IMG/VR virus record: IMGVR_UViG_2909267149_000003
From: a virus
Taxonomy: Duplodnaviria > Heunggongvirae > Uroviricota > Caudoviricetes
Length of the DNA: 47,751 nt
Direction: 5' to 3' (one strand)
Under the pieces are notes generated by a model. That model did no database searches and was not told where the DNA came from. It saw nothing but the letters and a program-made list of their open reading frames with translations. The position numbers and the translations under genes were made by a program. Shown one piece after another: positions 20,458-30,177 of this stretch (position 1 is its first letter; every line of letters starts with the position of its first letter).

Positions 20458-21844
20458 TGATTTCCATCAGCATTACACTCTGATTTTTTAATTCATCGAT
20501 CACTTCCTCTGGACGGGAATCCTGATCGATAAATTTCAACGCCTGCAACACCCGAACCGCATCAATCTGACGTATATCACCGCCCTGACGCAATGACTGA
20601 ACAGCCAGCGCGGAGGATGAGTCAAACACCTGGGCAGATACATCCAGTTCAGTGCGCACATCCACATTGCCACCGCAACTCTCTCCGATCCATTCCGCCA
20701 TTATCTGGAGAATATTATCGAGGGCATCTTCGAGGGAGTTCGCCATTGTATAAAGCGGCGAGTTTTCCTGCATTCGCTCTTCATTAGTCTGATCAACAGA
20801 TTTGGTGGATGTATTTTCAGCACGCAGAAGTTTAGCGCCGGCATGACGCATCTGATTTTCCAGCTTCTCAAGTGATGTTTCGCCAGATTCTATCGCTGCG
20901 CCACTATGTTCAACATATTCGAGGCCATTTTTTGTTCTGTCCTCAAAAATCGTAGCGGTGGATGCACCAACCGTCAGTTCTTCATTCCTGTCCAGCCCGT
21001 AGGCCACCAGCAATGGAACGCGGGCAACATGAAGAATATTGTCCTGCTCGCTCTGGCTTTGCCAGTGCTTGATATTCAGCAAGCCAAGATTAAGCAATGG
21101 CGGTGTACCACGCATAAATCCTGTTTTCTTCGTGTACAGTGTTACCAGAGGAATATCATCACGGCTGGTATTCCATGACTCATGAAGCGTCCAGACAGAT
21201 TCGCCATTAGTGCCTTCGCTACGTCGATAAATTTCAACTCGACGGGGCATAATATGGCGGATCTGCTCCACCTTCTTCTGCCCGAAATCATCACCATCAA
21301 TAATGATGACCTCTTTTATACGCAAATCAGTGAGAACAACTTTCCCTTTTTCAACTTTCGATTTCCATCCAATAACCTGGCGTGGATTCAGCATCGTAAC
21401 GTACGGACGACCACCGGTCGCGTTTTCATCGGCTTTTGTCCGAATCTCTTTCATATCCGTTCGTGGATAGTCCACCAGCGCATGTGCCACACCATACTGA
21501 AATGCGAGGCTGAAAAATTGCTGCGCCCACACATCCAGTCGGCTCCCCTCCATGTCGATATTTTCTGCATATTCCCTGATTTTTGCCGGCGTTTCCTCAC
21601 TCAATACTGTCGGCTCTGCAAATATGCGCCCAATATTTTGCTTGATGCTTTCTTCATACACAGGAAGTAGCGTAGCCACAGACAGGCGTTTTTTATAAGC
21701 GTCTTCATCTTCGTTAGGCCATTTTGGGAGATGATTTTCCCCCTGCCTGCGCATTTCAAGCGTACCGCCCATCAGTGCGTCGTTAATATCCCACGCCTCC
21801 AGCATATCGTTATAGTCGAGGTTGGGTGTTGATATATCAGCCAT
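20438..21844 (-). CDS. portal protein
   Basis: 468 aa, acidic, between terminase large subunit and Mu-F-like gene. Confidence 0.7.
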   Translation of the reverse strand: MADISTPNLDYNDMLEAWDINDALMGGTLEMRRQGENHLPKWPNEDEDAYKKRLSVATLLPVYEESIKQNIGRIFAEPTVLSEETPAKIREYAENIDMEGSRLDVWAQQFFSLAFQYGVAHALVDYPRTDMKEIRTKADENATGGRPYVTMLNPRQVIGWKSKVEKGKVVLTDLRIKEVIIIDGDDFGQKKVEQIRHIMPRRVEIYRRSEGTNGESVWTLHESWNTSRDDIPLVTLYTKKTGFMRGTPPLLNLGLLNIKHWQSQSEQDNILHVARVPLLVAYGLDRNEELTVGASTATIFEDRTKNGLEYVEHSGAAIESGETSLEKLENQMRHAGAKLLRAENTSTKSVDQTNEERMQENSPLYTMANSLEDALDNILQIMAEWIGESCGGNVDVRTELDVSAQVFDSSSALAVQSLRQGGDIRQIDAVRVLQALKFIDQDSRPEEVIDELKNQSVMLMEINDANRE

Positions 21845-21846
21845 AA

Positions 21847-23157
21847 TTAAATCCGAAGTGATGTGACTCTTCCGGTCGGTTTGACAATAGGGAATTGCTT
21901 AACGATGAAATAACCTCCGGCATCATTCGGGTGATCATTGCCAGATTTTTTATCAGGCTCCCCCTTCTCATCCCAGACCTGTTGCTCCAGAGATTCGGCA
22001 TATAACGGGCAACGCTTCACATTAACTTTATAGCGACGCTCACCATTGGCATTGCAGAACATTGCATTCATTGAGTTAACGCGATCTTTTACTGGCGGGT
22101 TCGAGCTGTTCACCACAACGTTAAAACCAGCCTGCTTAAGCTGGGCTATATCCGTCGTACTTGCGTTACTTGATTTTCTGGAATCCCCGGAAGCATCTGG
22201 ATAAATATAAATTTCCCTCACTTTCCGGTAATCATTCCCATCATACAGCCAGAAGCGTTCTTTAATGATGCGGATCATATCCGGCGTATCGTAGGCATTG
22301 ATGATTTCAGTTACCGCACATGGAAGCCCCAAACGCAGCACATGGACGATTCCCGCCATCTTTCCAACGTTAAAATCCATCCCAATATAAATCGGCTCCC
22401 CTGGCTGCTCCACTTCTTCGCAATTATTCAGTTTCCGGTCAAACTGATGGTAAACAGTACCACTTGTCAGGTTAGTAAACTGTCCTCGAAGATAGGCTTT
22501 AATCAGCTCTGGAGGGTATGATTCAAGAAGCGAAGGAATGTAATCTGCTGGCAGGTTCTTTTCATTATCGAAAGTAGATGCCTGCACCAGACCATACAGT
22601 GAGGCCAGCTCTGTTTTTTCACGCACGGCTTTAACAAACTGCTCGTAGACAAATTTGAATCCTTCCGGCGTGGTTGTAACGTCAATACCGTTGCGAAGTC
22701 CATCAATCTTATAACGCATACGTGCAATTATCTTGCGCCACGCCGTTCTGGCTTTTTCCTTCGGCAAAATGTCCAGTTCATCCACCAACGCATTACCAAT
22801 TTTGAAACCGACGATCGTTTGTGGCTTCTCCATCGATCTGCAGATAGTGGTTCCCCGATACTGGCGTCCGTAATAAAAGTGAACCTCTTTATTTCCCTCA
22901 TTAATTTTTACGTTCAATCCCCAGTCAGCAGCAACTTCTTCCACTGTAGGGTAAAAAATATCGCGAATTTGGGGATACGTTGGCGCAAAATATCCCTGAT
23001 TTATACCTGGATGCTCCCAAATCCCCTTGCATATGCCGCCACACCCAACCCATGTTTTGCCCGAGCCAAAACCAGCAATATAGGCTTTAAATTTATGGGG
23101 CATTGAAAGAAATCGCGCCTGAGGCACATTAAGCGTCGGAGAGATCATCTTCATCAC
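21847..23157 (-). CDS. terminase large subunit
   Basis: 436 aa; Walker A-like GFGSGKT near the N-terminus, acidic nuclease-type C-terminal half; overlaps the small-subunit gene. Confidence 0.9.
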   Translation of the reverse strand: MMKMISPTLNVPQARFLSMPHKFKAYIAGFGSGKTWVGCGGICKGIWEHPGINQGYFAPTYPQIRDIFYPTVEEVAADWGLNVKINEGNKEVHFYYGRQYRGTTICRSMEKPQTIVGFKIGNALVDELDILPKEKARTAWRKIIARMRYKIDGLRNGIDVTTTPEGFKFVYEQFVKAVREKTELASLYGLVQASTFDNEKNLPADYIPSLLESYPPELIKAYLRGQFTNLTSGTVYHQFDRKLNNCEEVEQPGEPIYIGMDFNVGKMAGIVHVLRLGLPCAVTEIINAYDTPDMIRIIKERFWLYDGNDYRKVREIYIYPDASGDSRKSSNASTTDIAQLKQAGFNVVVNSSNPPVKDRVNSMNAMFCNANGERRYKVNVKRCPLYAESLEQQVWDEKGEPDKKSGNDHPNDAGGYFIVKQFPIVKPTGRVTSLRI

Positions 23158-24223
23158 TCCTTACTCTGGCATCAACCACATTAATATTGATCGCCACAGG
23201 CTGGGGATGTTCATTATCTTCCACCGTTTCGATCTCTTTGCGCAGCTTCTGGTTTTCCATTCTGCGCCGTTCAATTTCCAGTTCCTGTAGCCGCTTATCT
23301 GCACATAAAGCCCCGCCAGCAGAAAGCAAACGCAACAATTCACGCCGGGCGGCAGCCTTATCCTCCAGCAGGATCTCAACACCGTATTTTCCGAGCTTTG
23401 ACCCTGCATATAATTGCCGCGCATCCCCATCAAGCAGTGTGGTATCAGCCATATAAAGCTGTCCCGTTCCCTCACCGCAGCACTTCGGGCAATCCGGATT
23501 GGGTATGGCGTTATCAACAAAGCCGAGGCCTCCATATTCCGGCTCGGGTTTACCATCTCTGGAGGCCTGTGCCGCAGCCTTATCGAATTCTGCAATATCA
23601 CGCCACTGGTAGAGATGATTCTCGCCCCAGCAATAACGGCAGTTAACACGGCGAAATTGTGCCAACTGATTGGGGTCGGCCTGGACAATGGCCATCAACT
23701 GGCTCACCAGTAAATCCAGGTCTGCGGTATAGCGTTTCTGGTACTGATTGCGGAAGTAGCTGATAGCACGATAAACCCTGGCATTTCTAAGCATACGACT
23801 GGCGTTGCTGTTAGCTGTCGCACCTTGCCCCTCATAACCGGCTAGTCGGTACGCCTCTGTCGGCTTTTTACCCTGAGCAACAAGCATCGCAAACTTAGCC
23901 TGCTGGTCAGAAATGCCGAATTCATCGGGACAGAACGAAAATTCCTCCGCGTCGCCCTCATTCAGGCCCGCATCGAATACTGGCTTTTTTTCCTGAGATT
24001 TTTCGTTCCGCTTTTGTGCAGTCTGCGCAGATTTTTTCTGCGCACTTTTTTGCGCAGTTTTGCGCATTTCTGTCTGCGCATTTTTCGGAGTTTTTTTGAT
24101 GTAACGACGGGCTGTTGCGTAATTCAGTCCCCTTGCTTCACACCATGCCACCGGAGATATACCGGAGCGGGTGTATTCAGCAATATACTCCTGCTGCAAC
24201 GCCCCCCAGTCCGGTCTGCTCAT
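23129..24223 (-). CDS. terminase small subunit
   Basis: 364 aa; N-terminal HTH-like region and AKFAMLVAQGKKPTEAYRLAGY segment typical of Terminase_2-type small subunits; immediately upstream of the large subunit. Confidence 0.8.
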   Translation of the reverse strand: MSRPDWGALQQEYIAEYTRSGISPVAWCEARGLNYATARRYIKKTPKNAQTEMRKTAQKSAQKKSAQTAQKRNEKSQEKKPVFDAGLNEGDAEEFSFCPDEFGISDQQAKFAMLVAQGKKPTEAYRLAGYEGQGATANSNASRMLRNARVYRAISYFRNQYQKRYTADLDLLVSQLMAIVQADPNQLAQFRRVNCRYCWGENHLYQWRDIAEFDKAAAQASRDGKPEPEYGGLGFVDNAIPNPDCPKCCGEGTGQLYMADTTLLDGDARQLYAGSKLGKYGVEILLEDKAAARRELLRLLSAGGALCADKRLQELEIERRRMENQKLRKEIETVEDNEHPQPVAININVVDARVRSDEDDLSDA

Positions 24224-24226
24224 CAG

Positions 24227-24478
24227 TTAGTCCTGATTTTTATCCACCCTGAGTAGTTCGCGCAGAGCAAAGGCATCCCCTTTTCTGGCAAGCTTAAACA
24301 ATGCCGCTCGTAACTCGGCTTCACCTTTCGCTCTGCCCTTACGGATGGCCGCATAAAAATCTGTCATTGCTTCCCGATTTTCTTTCAGTCGGTTCAGATC
24401 AACATCCAGAACGTCAGCGATTTGTTGTGCAGTCATCCGGCACGCTGCCAGAGACTCGACTTTCGAATACGGAATCAT
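24227..24478 (-). CDS. small hypothetical protein (possible DNA-binding)
   Basis: 83 aa basic helical protein directly upstream of terS; overlaps the 3' end of the preceding gene, so the true start may be the internal Met. Confidence 0.45.
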   Translation of the reverse strand: MIPYSKVESLAACRMTAQQIADVLDVDLNRLKENREAMTDFYAAIRKGRAKGEAELRAALFKLARKGDAFALRELLRVDKNQD

Positions 24479-25346
24479 TTGTCACCCCCATTGATATGCA
24501 GGGTGTCTTCTTCCTGTATTTTTCGTGAAGGATTTTTACTGCAGCGTTGTTCCAGGTGACCTGATGGTGAATGCGTTTATGGCTGGCACCCATCAGTGAA
24601 ATTTTTACGCACGACGGCGCATACATGACGGAGTAAAAACTTTTAACGTAGGTTCCGGAATCCAGATACAGCTCGGTCATTCCGCCGCTGTTTTTCTGCG
24701 TCTGTTTCTGCCCTAACTGGACAGCACCGATCGTCATAAACAATTCACCACAGCGACCGAGATTCGTGTACGTATTCACATCCTCGTTAATGCGCCCCAT
24801 GAATGAGAACGGTCGATCAACCGAACAGATAAAGCTGTTCATTGCCTTGCGTTTCACCCACGAAGCATGGCCGCCATTGTCACCAAGAAAATCCCCGCCC
24901 TGCGACATAGCGATGGAAAGAGCAGGTATTGATTCGTAGTACGCCAGCATTTCAGAAAGGATCGCATCCAGTTTCCTTATCGGAAAATAGGCCTGGTCAT
25001 AGTTGCGATCCACCCGAAACTGGAACTCGTGATAATCATCATCGAGCTGAATGAAGTATTTACACCCGACCAGTTTTGCCAGGTCGAAACAGGCATTACG
25101 GGCGTAAAAAATTGAGCGGCGGTCACAGAAATTATCGGCTTCGTCAAAACGACTGGCGATATCGGTTTTGGAAAACACCAGCACCTGTTCACCAAATTCA
25201 GCCATGTACTGATGCCGTGTCTTATCTTCATCATCAACAACGATAAAAATTTTCCCGGTATAGCCAGCACGACGCAACGTTCGGTAAGTCAGAACTTTGT
25301 CCGGTCGCCCGTGAGTCAGAATAAAGGCGCAAAAATCATCACGCAT
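24414..25346 (-). CDS. GT-A-fold-like (family-2-type) glycosyltransferase candidate
   Basis: 310 aa from the ATG at 25346, which has a GAGGAGGAGG RBS and overlaps the ParB-like stop (ATGCGTGA). Motifs CAFILTHGRPD, KIFIVVDDED and IQLDDDYHEF resemble the N-terminal strand and DxD signature of GT-A enzymes; no TM segments seen. Confidence 0.45.
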   Translation of the reverse strand: MRDDFCAFILTHGRPDKVLTYRTLRRAGYTGKIFIVVDDEDKTRHQYMAEFGEQVLVFSKTDIASRFDEADNFCDRRSIFYARNACFDLAKLVGCKYFIQLDDDYHEFQFRVDRNYDQAYFPIRKLDAILSEMLAYYESIPALSIAMSQGGDFLGDNGGHASWVKRKAMNSFICSVDRPFSFMGRINEDVNTYTNLGRCGELFMTIGAVQLGQKQTQKNSGGMTELYLDSGTYVKSFYSVMYAPSCVKISLMGASHKRIHHQVTWNNAAVKILHEKYRKKTPCISMGVTNDSVFESRVSGSVPDDCTTNR

Positions 25347-26130
25347 ATTCCTCCTCCTCACCACCATGCATGATCTCCACCATGCGCTGCGTCATCCGGA
25401 CAAATCCATTTTCAATAGCTTGCTGATAATCAATGATCACCAGCGCCGACTCCTCGAAAAAACACTGAATTTCAGCGGGGGCGTGAGCGTAATAGTCCGC
25501 AATTCTGCTGAAATTAAACACCGTGTGACGTTCTGCCGCACACAGGAGGAATTTCTCAATATCAGGCTCAAGGGAAGCCGAACGTATCCGGCTGATCAGC
25601 TCCTGCGTTTTCGTATCGTCGTACAGTTCACTGATATCCGGTTTACCGCCCGACGGCTCATAAACAGGCGTATCAATTTTCGTCGTATACGGCTCCTCCT
25701 CATTTCCTGTACCGGGCAAAACATCCGTCAACAGTTCATCAATTTCTGTCGGGATGAAGCCTGTCAGGGAGACATCAAAATCAGCATTGATTAGGTCCGA
25801 CAGCTCCATCCGCAACAGATCTTCATCCCAGCCAGCATTCATCGGCAGGCGATTATCTGCCAGGCGGTACGCCTTTTTCTGCTCATCCGTCAGGCCAGAC
25901 AGAACAATGACCGGAACAGAATCCATTTTGAGCATTTCAGCCGCCATAACACGACCGTGACCCGCAATAATTTCGCCCTTTTCGTCAATCAGCACCGGAT
26001 TAGTCCAGCCGAATTGCTTAATACTTTCTACCAGTTGTGCCACCTGCTCAGGGCTGTGCGTCCTGGCGTTGTGCGCATACGGTGACAATTCTTGTAATGG
26101 GCGATAGACTATCTTTAATTTCTCGCTCAT
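25339..26130 (-). CDS. ParB-like nuclease domain protein
   Basis: 263 aa; N-terminal ParB/Srx-type domain (IVYRPLQELSPYAHNARTH...IIAGHGR); acidic C-terminus. Confidence 0.8.
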   Translation of the reverse strand: MSEKLKIVYRPLQELSPYAHNARTHSPEQVAQLVESIKQFGWTNPVLIDEKGEIIAGHGRVMAAEMLKMDSVPVIVLSGLTDEQKKAYRLADNRLPMNAGWDEDLLRMELSDLINADFDVSLTGFIPTEIDELLTDVLPGTGNEEEPYTTKIDTPVYEPSGGKPDISELYDDTKTQELISRIRSASLEPDIEKFLLCAAERHTVFNFSRIADYYAHAPAEIQCFFEESALVIIDYQQAIENGFVRMTQRMVEIMHGGEEEEYA

Positions 26131-26267
26131 ACATCCTTGCTTTATGAATAAAACGCACCCCAGCAGCCAGTGCTACTGGGGGCGGAGGTGTTGCTGGTAA
26201 AGTTAGGTATTGGATCAATGAGTGAGTCAACATAATATTAAACTCACAATTATAAATCAGCCATATA

Positions 26268-27725
26268 TTAGGAGCGCCAAAAAAAACCTGAAAACAATAT
26301 AATAACAGGATAAATTTCAAGGCGACCAAGAATCATAGCTATGCACATTAAATATTTTGCAATGTCATTAAGCACTCCGAATGACGATGCAGTAGCCCCA
26401 AAACCTAATCCCATATTATTAATACATGCAGCCACTGTTGCAAATGATGTAAGAAAATCATATCCCATACCATTTAACACCAGTATAAAAAACACCGTGA
26501 AGAGAGTATAAAGAAAAAAGAAACTCCATACAGACCTCATTACACGATCTGTAACTATCTTCCCTCCTACATTTACACTCAACAACGCTCTGGGATGAGA
26601 AAGCTGATTTATCTCGTGTTTGCTTTGTTTGAAAAGTATAAGAAATCGAAGTGACTTAATTCCACCACAAGTTGAACCTATACATCCCCCAAAGAAACTT
26701 GACAACAGCAAAAACACTATCGTGTGCGTGGGCCAGCTTGCATAATCCTGCGTAGCTAAACCATTATCAGTGAGCATGGAGCTGGCAAGAAAAAACGAAT
26801 GAATAAAACTTCCATGCAAGTCATACATACCTATATGCCAGACCTGGAAAGAGGTAACAATGATCACCCCTAAGGCTATTAACAGAAAGAAACGAAGTTC
26901 AATATCTCTGATTAAAGGTTTTATCGTTTTCCTGCTAATAACAATATACCAAAGAGTGAAGTTGAAAGCCGATAGCAGGGAAAAAGAACCAGCCACCAGC
27001 TCAACCAAATAGTTATTAAAATATCCGATACTCTCGCTATGAGTTGAGAAACCACCAAGCGAAACTGTGGAAATCCCGTGACAAATAGCATCAAACAAAG
27101 GCATTCCTGCAAGTCTATAACAGACAATACAAGCAATACCTAATAAAGAATAAGTTATCCACAGTGTCCGTGACGTATCGGCCAGGCGGGGAGTGAGTTT
27201 GTCATCCTTAAATGGCCCCGGCATTTCTGACTGATAAAGCTTTGCACCACCAATACCCAATAATGGCAATACAGCAACCGCCAGAACAATAACTCCTAAA
27301 CCACCTATAAAATTTAACTGTGACCGATAGTACAAATATGCCCGAGGTAATGAACTAACATCATCAATTACAGTTGCTCCTGTTGTTGTTATTCCAGAAA
27401 CCCCTTCAAACAGAGCATCAATGAACGTTAAATTAAGTTCTGAGTCAATCCATAAAGGGAATGCACTAATAACAGAAAACAAAATCCAAAACATTACAAT
27501 TATAATAAACCCATCACGGGTACGTAATTGAATGCCAGATTTCTTAGTTGTATACCACGCTCCGCCACCAATACAAAAAAATATAACGAAAGTTATAAAG
27601 AAAACGAACAGGCTTTTTTCTTTATAAAACAATGCTACAACCATTGGTGGCAACATTGAAAGACTATAGAGCCAAACCAGGAACCCACACATATGAGTAA
27701 CAACTCTTACATGAGATGTATTCAT
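26268..27725 (-). CDS. trkG: Trk-system potassium uptake protein TrkG
   Basis: 485 aa from the Met in MNTSHVRVV; polytopic membrane protein with repeated pore motifs (TTTGATV, GGFS, GLGF); trkG is the known Rac-prophage K+ transporter; very AT-rich. Confidence 0.95.
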   Translation of the reverse strand: MNTSHVRVVTHMCGFLVWLYSLSMLPPMVVALFYKEKSLFVFFITFVIFFCIGGGAWYTTKKSGIQLRTRDGFIIIVMFWILFSVISAFPLWIDSELNLTFIDALFEGVSGITTTGATVIDDVSSLPRAYLYYRSQLNFIGGLGVIVLAVAVLPLLGIGGAKLYQSEMPGPFKDDKLTPRLADTSRTLWITYSLLGIACIVCYRLAGMPLFDAICHGISTVSLGGFSTHSESIGYFNNYLVELVAGSFSLLSAFNFTLWYIVISRKTIKPLIRDIELRFFLLIALGVIIVTSFQVWHIGMYDLHGSFIHSFFLASSMLTDNGLATQDYASWPTHTIVFLLLSSFFGGCIGSTCGGIKSLRFLILFKQSKHEINQLSHPRALLSVNVGGKIVTDRVMRSVWSFFFLYTLFTVFFILVLNGMGYDFLTSFATVAACINNMGLGFGATASSFGVLNDIAKYLMCIAMILGRLEIYPVIILFSGFFWRS

Positions 27726-27862
27726 ATCTAAATATTCTTTCAATTATAACCACCTTGCTGCAATATTATGATTATACTGTATAAAATTTAACTCCTCTTA
27801 GATCTTACTTCACTGTTCCTTATGAAACAATCATCAAAATGAATCATATTGTAGTTAAGATT

Positions 27863-28342
27863 TTACTTTAAACACTGTTCGGTTATGTATTGCTGAGCAC
27901 CTTCAAGTTGGGCCTGCATCATTACCAGTCGTTCCCGGAGGGTGAAATAATCCCGTTCAGCGGTGTCTGCCAGTCGGGGGGAGGCTGCATTATCCACGCC
28001 GGAGGCGGTGGTGGCTTCACGCACTGACTGACAGACTGCTTTGATGTGCAACCGACGACGACCAGCGGCAACATCATCACGCAGAGCATCATTTTCAGCT
28101 TTCGCATCAGCTAACTCCTTCGTGTATTTTGCATCGAGCGCAGCAACATCACGCTGACGCATCTGCATGTCAGTAATTGCCGCGTTCGCCAGCTTCAGTT
28201 CTCTGGCATTTTTGTCGCGCTGCTCTTTGTAGGCGGTGGCGTTATCACGGTAATGATTAACAGCCCATGACAGGCAGACGATGATGCAGATAACCAGAGC
28301 ATAAATAATCGCGGCGACTCTGCTCACTGATCTATCCCCCAA
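27863..28342 (-). CDS. i-spanin Rz
   Basis: 159 aa, N-terminal TM anchor then coiled coil; overlaps the endolysin 3' end; contains the embedded Rz1 frame. Confidence 0.85.
   Translation of the reverse strand: MGDRSVSRVAAIIYALVICIIVCLSWAVNHYRDNATAYKEQRDKNARELKLANAAITDMQMRQRDVAALDAKYTKELADAKAENDALRDDVAAGRRRLHIKAVCQSVREATTASGVDNAASPRLADTAERDYFTLRERLVMMQAQLEGAQQYITEQCLK
27922..28107 (-). CDS. o-spanin Rz1 (embedded lipoprotein)
   Basis: 61 aa in the +1 frame inside Rz; lipobox VVGC and proline-rich mature region ([15 protein letters not shown]). Confidence 0.8.
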   Translation of the reverse strand: MRKLKMMLCVMMLPLVVVGCTSKQSVSQCVKPPPPPAWIMQPPPDWQTPLNGIISPSGNDW

Positions 28343-28857
28343 CAGGCTAATGCGCTTTCCTGGTCACGACGAATAACCTGTCCATAGCAGTTATTTGAAC
28401 GTATGCGGCAATCGCGCCCACCATCTTTTATCCACCAGCGAATCGCCTCGCATGCACCCTTACGATCACCGGCATTCAGCCGCTTATAAAACGTCGACGG
28501 GAAACACTTACCGGGGCCAATGTTATAGGGACAAAATGACGCTATACCCGCTTTCTGTGGTTCGGTCAGTGGTACTTTAATATTGCGCTCCACCCATGCC
28601 AGCGCCTTATCACGTTCAATAGCGTTAACCTGGTCGCATTTTTCCTTCGACAGCCTCATTCCCGGTATGACGGGCTTACCATCCACCATTGTGGCACCAC
28701 GACAGATGGTCCATATACCGGAACCATCGCGGTATGCCGTTGTGTGGTTACCTTCTTTTTCATCCAGAAACTGGTCGAGAATATCAGGCGCAGGCGCACC
28801 GACGGCAATCAGTGCCAGAACGGCAGCCGACAGGCCGTATCTGATTTTTGCGTTCAT
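28324..28857 (-). CDS. SAR endolysin (T4-lysozyme-type, GH24)
   Basis: 177 aa; weakly hydrophobic Gly/Ala-rich N-terminal signal-anchor-release-type segment ([16 protein letters not shown]), catalytic E...D...T spacing ([16 protein letters not shown]). Confidence 0.9.
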   Translation of the reverse strand: MNAKIRYGLSAAVLALIAVGAPAPDILDQFLDEKEGNHTTAYRDGSGIWTICRGATMVDGKPVIPGMRLSKEKCDQVNAIERDKALAWVERNIKVPLTEPQKAGIASFCPYNIGPGKCFPSTFYKRLNAGDRKGACEAIRWWIKDGGRDCRIRSNNCYGQVIRRDQESALACWGIDQ

Positions 28858-28962
28858 GGATATTTATCAGGATTTATCGGTTTCTGAACCCTGGATATGT
28901 TTATCTGTCCCGGCCTGTTGAATCAGGCAAGGAATAGTTAAATACAATAGAGAGGATTATTT

Positions 28963-29235
28963 ATGGACAATAGCACCATTTCTCTACAGGAGTTGCTCGA
29001 CTGCATTTCCAGGCTTCGGGATGATGTAAATGCCCTTACTGTCGCATTTTCATATCTGGCATTCTCAATTCCCAAGGAACAAATGCAACCAACACTGGCA
29101 TCGCTCCAGCTTGAATCACTCAACCCCAAATGGTCCCAGCAACAACAAAATTCTTTCAAGTGGCTGGCGGTATTACTGGAAGAAAAATATGCTGGTGAAA
29201 TTACCATTTCGGCGGAGTCTTCAGTGAACCAGTAA
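28963..29235 (+). CDS. hypothetical protein encoded antisense inside the lysis cassette
   Basis: 90 aa; GAGAGGA RBS 7 nt before the ATG; possible sigma70-like promoter (TTGAAT...TTAAAT) upstream; no signal peptide; converges on and overlaps the 3' end of the 114-aa gene. Confidence 0.5.
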   Translation: MDNSTISLQELLDCISRLRDDVNALTVAFSYLAFSIPKEQMQPTLASLQLESLNPKWSQQQQNSFKWLAVLLEEKYAGEITISAESSVNQ

Positions 29236-29545
29236 TTCTTCCCGGCAGTTTTCCTTTGTAGGTTATCCACACACCCTGCGCCTCTAAAATTATGGGGCGC
29301 TTTTCCGGTGACTGCTCATCCCCTTCACATAACCCGGCAGCAACATCCAGGAAGACCTGTCTGATGCTCCTTCTGGCTGCTGCCTCATAAAACTCCAGCG
29401 CGGCACCTTCAACACGGTCCAGCGAGATGTCCAGGTCTAAAATTTCACCGTCAAAGCGTTTTTTGTCCCGTAACGCTAAAGTTACCGTAACTTTATTCTC
29501 AAAATTGCGGATCCCTTTCACAATCAGTTCATAGTTTTGAGTCAT
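29201..29545 (-). CDS. hypothetical protein between pinholin and endolysin
   Basis: 114 aa; GGAGAG RBS, starts 5 nt after the holin stop; no membrane segments; function not recognisable. Confidence 0.55.
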   Translation of the reverse strand: MTQNYELIVKGIRNFENKVTVTLALRDKKRFDGEILDLDISLDRVEGAALEFYEAAARRSIRQVFLDVAAGLCEGDEQSPEKRPIILEAQGVWITYKGKLPGRITGSLKTPPKW

Positions 29546-29549
29546 TGAA

Positions 29550-29765
29550 TTACTCTCCCCGTGCAGCCTTACGCTTATCTTCTTTAATCTTGAAATAAAG
29601 ATTTGTCAGATACGTCAACAGGCCAAACACCAGACTACCCAGCACACCTATTGCTGCCCACTGTGAGGGCGTGACTCTATCGAGCAACTGTAAAAACCAG
29701 TAGCCAGCACTGCCTGCGGAGGTGCCATAGGCGACACCTGTTGTTAACTTATCCATGGATTTCAT
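29550..29765 (-). CDS. pinholin (phage 21 S-type) with dual-start motif
   Basis: 71 aa [71 protein letters not shown], near-identical in pattern to S21; Met1/Met4 dual start; two TM segments. Confidence 0.9.
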   Translation of the reverse strand: MKSMDKLTTGVAYGTSAGSAGYWFLQLLDRVTPSQWAAIGVLGSLVFGLLTYLTNLYFKIKEDKRKAARGE

Positions 29766-30104
29766 AACCCCCACCTCGCAGATGCGGGCGCTGTGTAATG
29801 GAAACAAAAAATGGCCACCAGCGGCCCGTAAAAAACACCCCGTCAAAAGCACCGGCATCCGCAGATGCCCTTTGCGTGGCGTGATTTGATGCGCGCCAGG
29901 TGTGGCGCAAAGAAATGAAATAAGACTTATCGAAAATTAAGGTTAATTTGATGATTTAAACCACTTCTGAAGCTTAGTAGTATGAACATGTCCCCAGAAG
30001 GGGCCAATACTTATTATTCTTCATGGACTTTGTCCCGCGGTCTTAATCCGACGACCGCGCTACTTTTCACCCTCTCGCAAATTGCTATCTAAAGGACGTT
30101 GTCC

Positions 30105-30137
30105 CACGAGTATTCCTGTATGCTCGTGTCTTTTTTT
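30105..30137 (+). terminator. plus-strand hairpin plus T-run (putative terminator)
   Basis: CACGAG-12 nt loop-CTCGTG followed by TCTTTTTTT; forms a face-to-face pair with the minus-strand terminator 20 bp away. Confidence 0.35.
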
Positions 30138-30152
30138 GTCCTGAGAAAGGAA

Positions 30153-30177
30153 TAAAAAAAACCGCCAGATATGGCGG
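30153..30177 (-). terminator. rho-independent terminator downstream of the tRNA pair
   Basis: Minus-strand CCGCCA-UAUC-UGGCGG hairpin followed by 8 U (plus-strand A-run 30153-30161). Confidence 0.6.
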
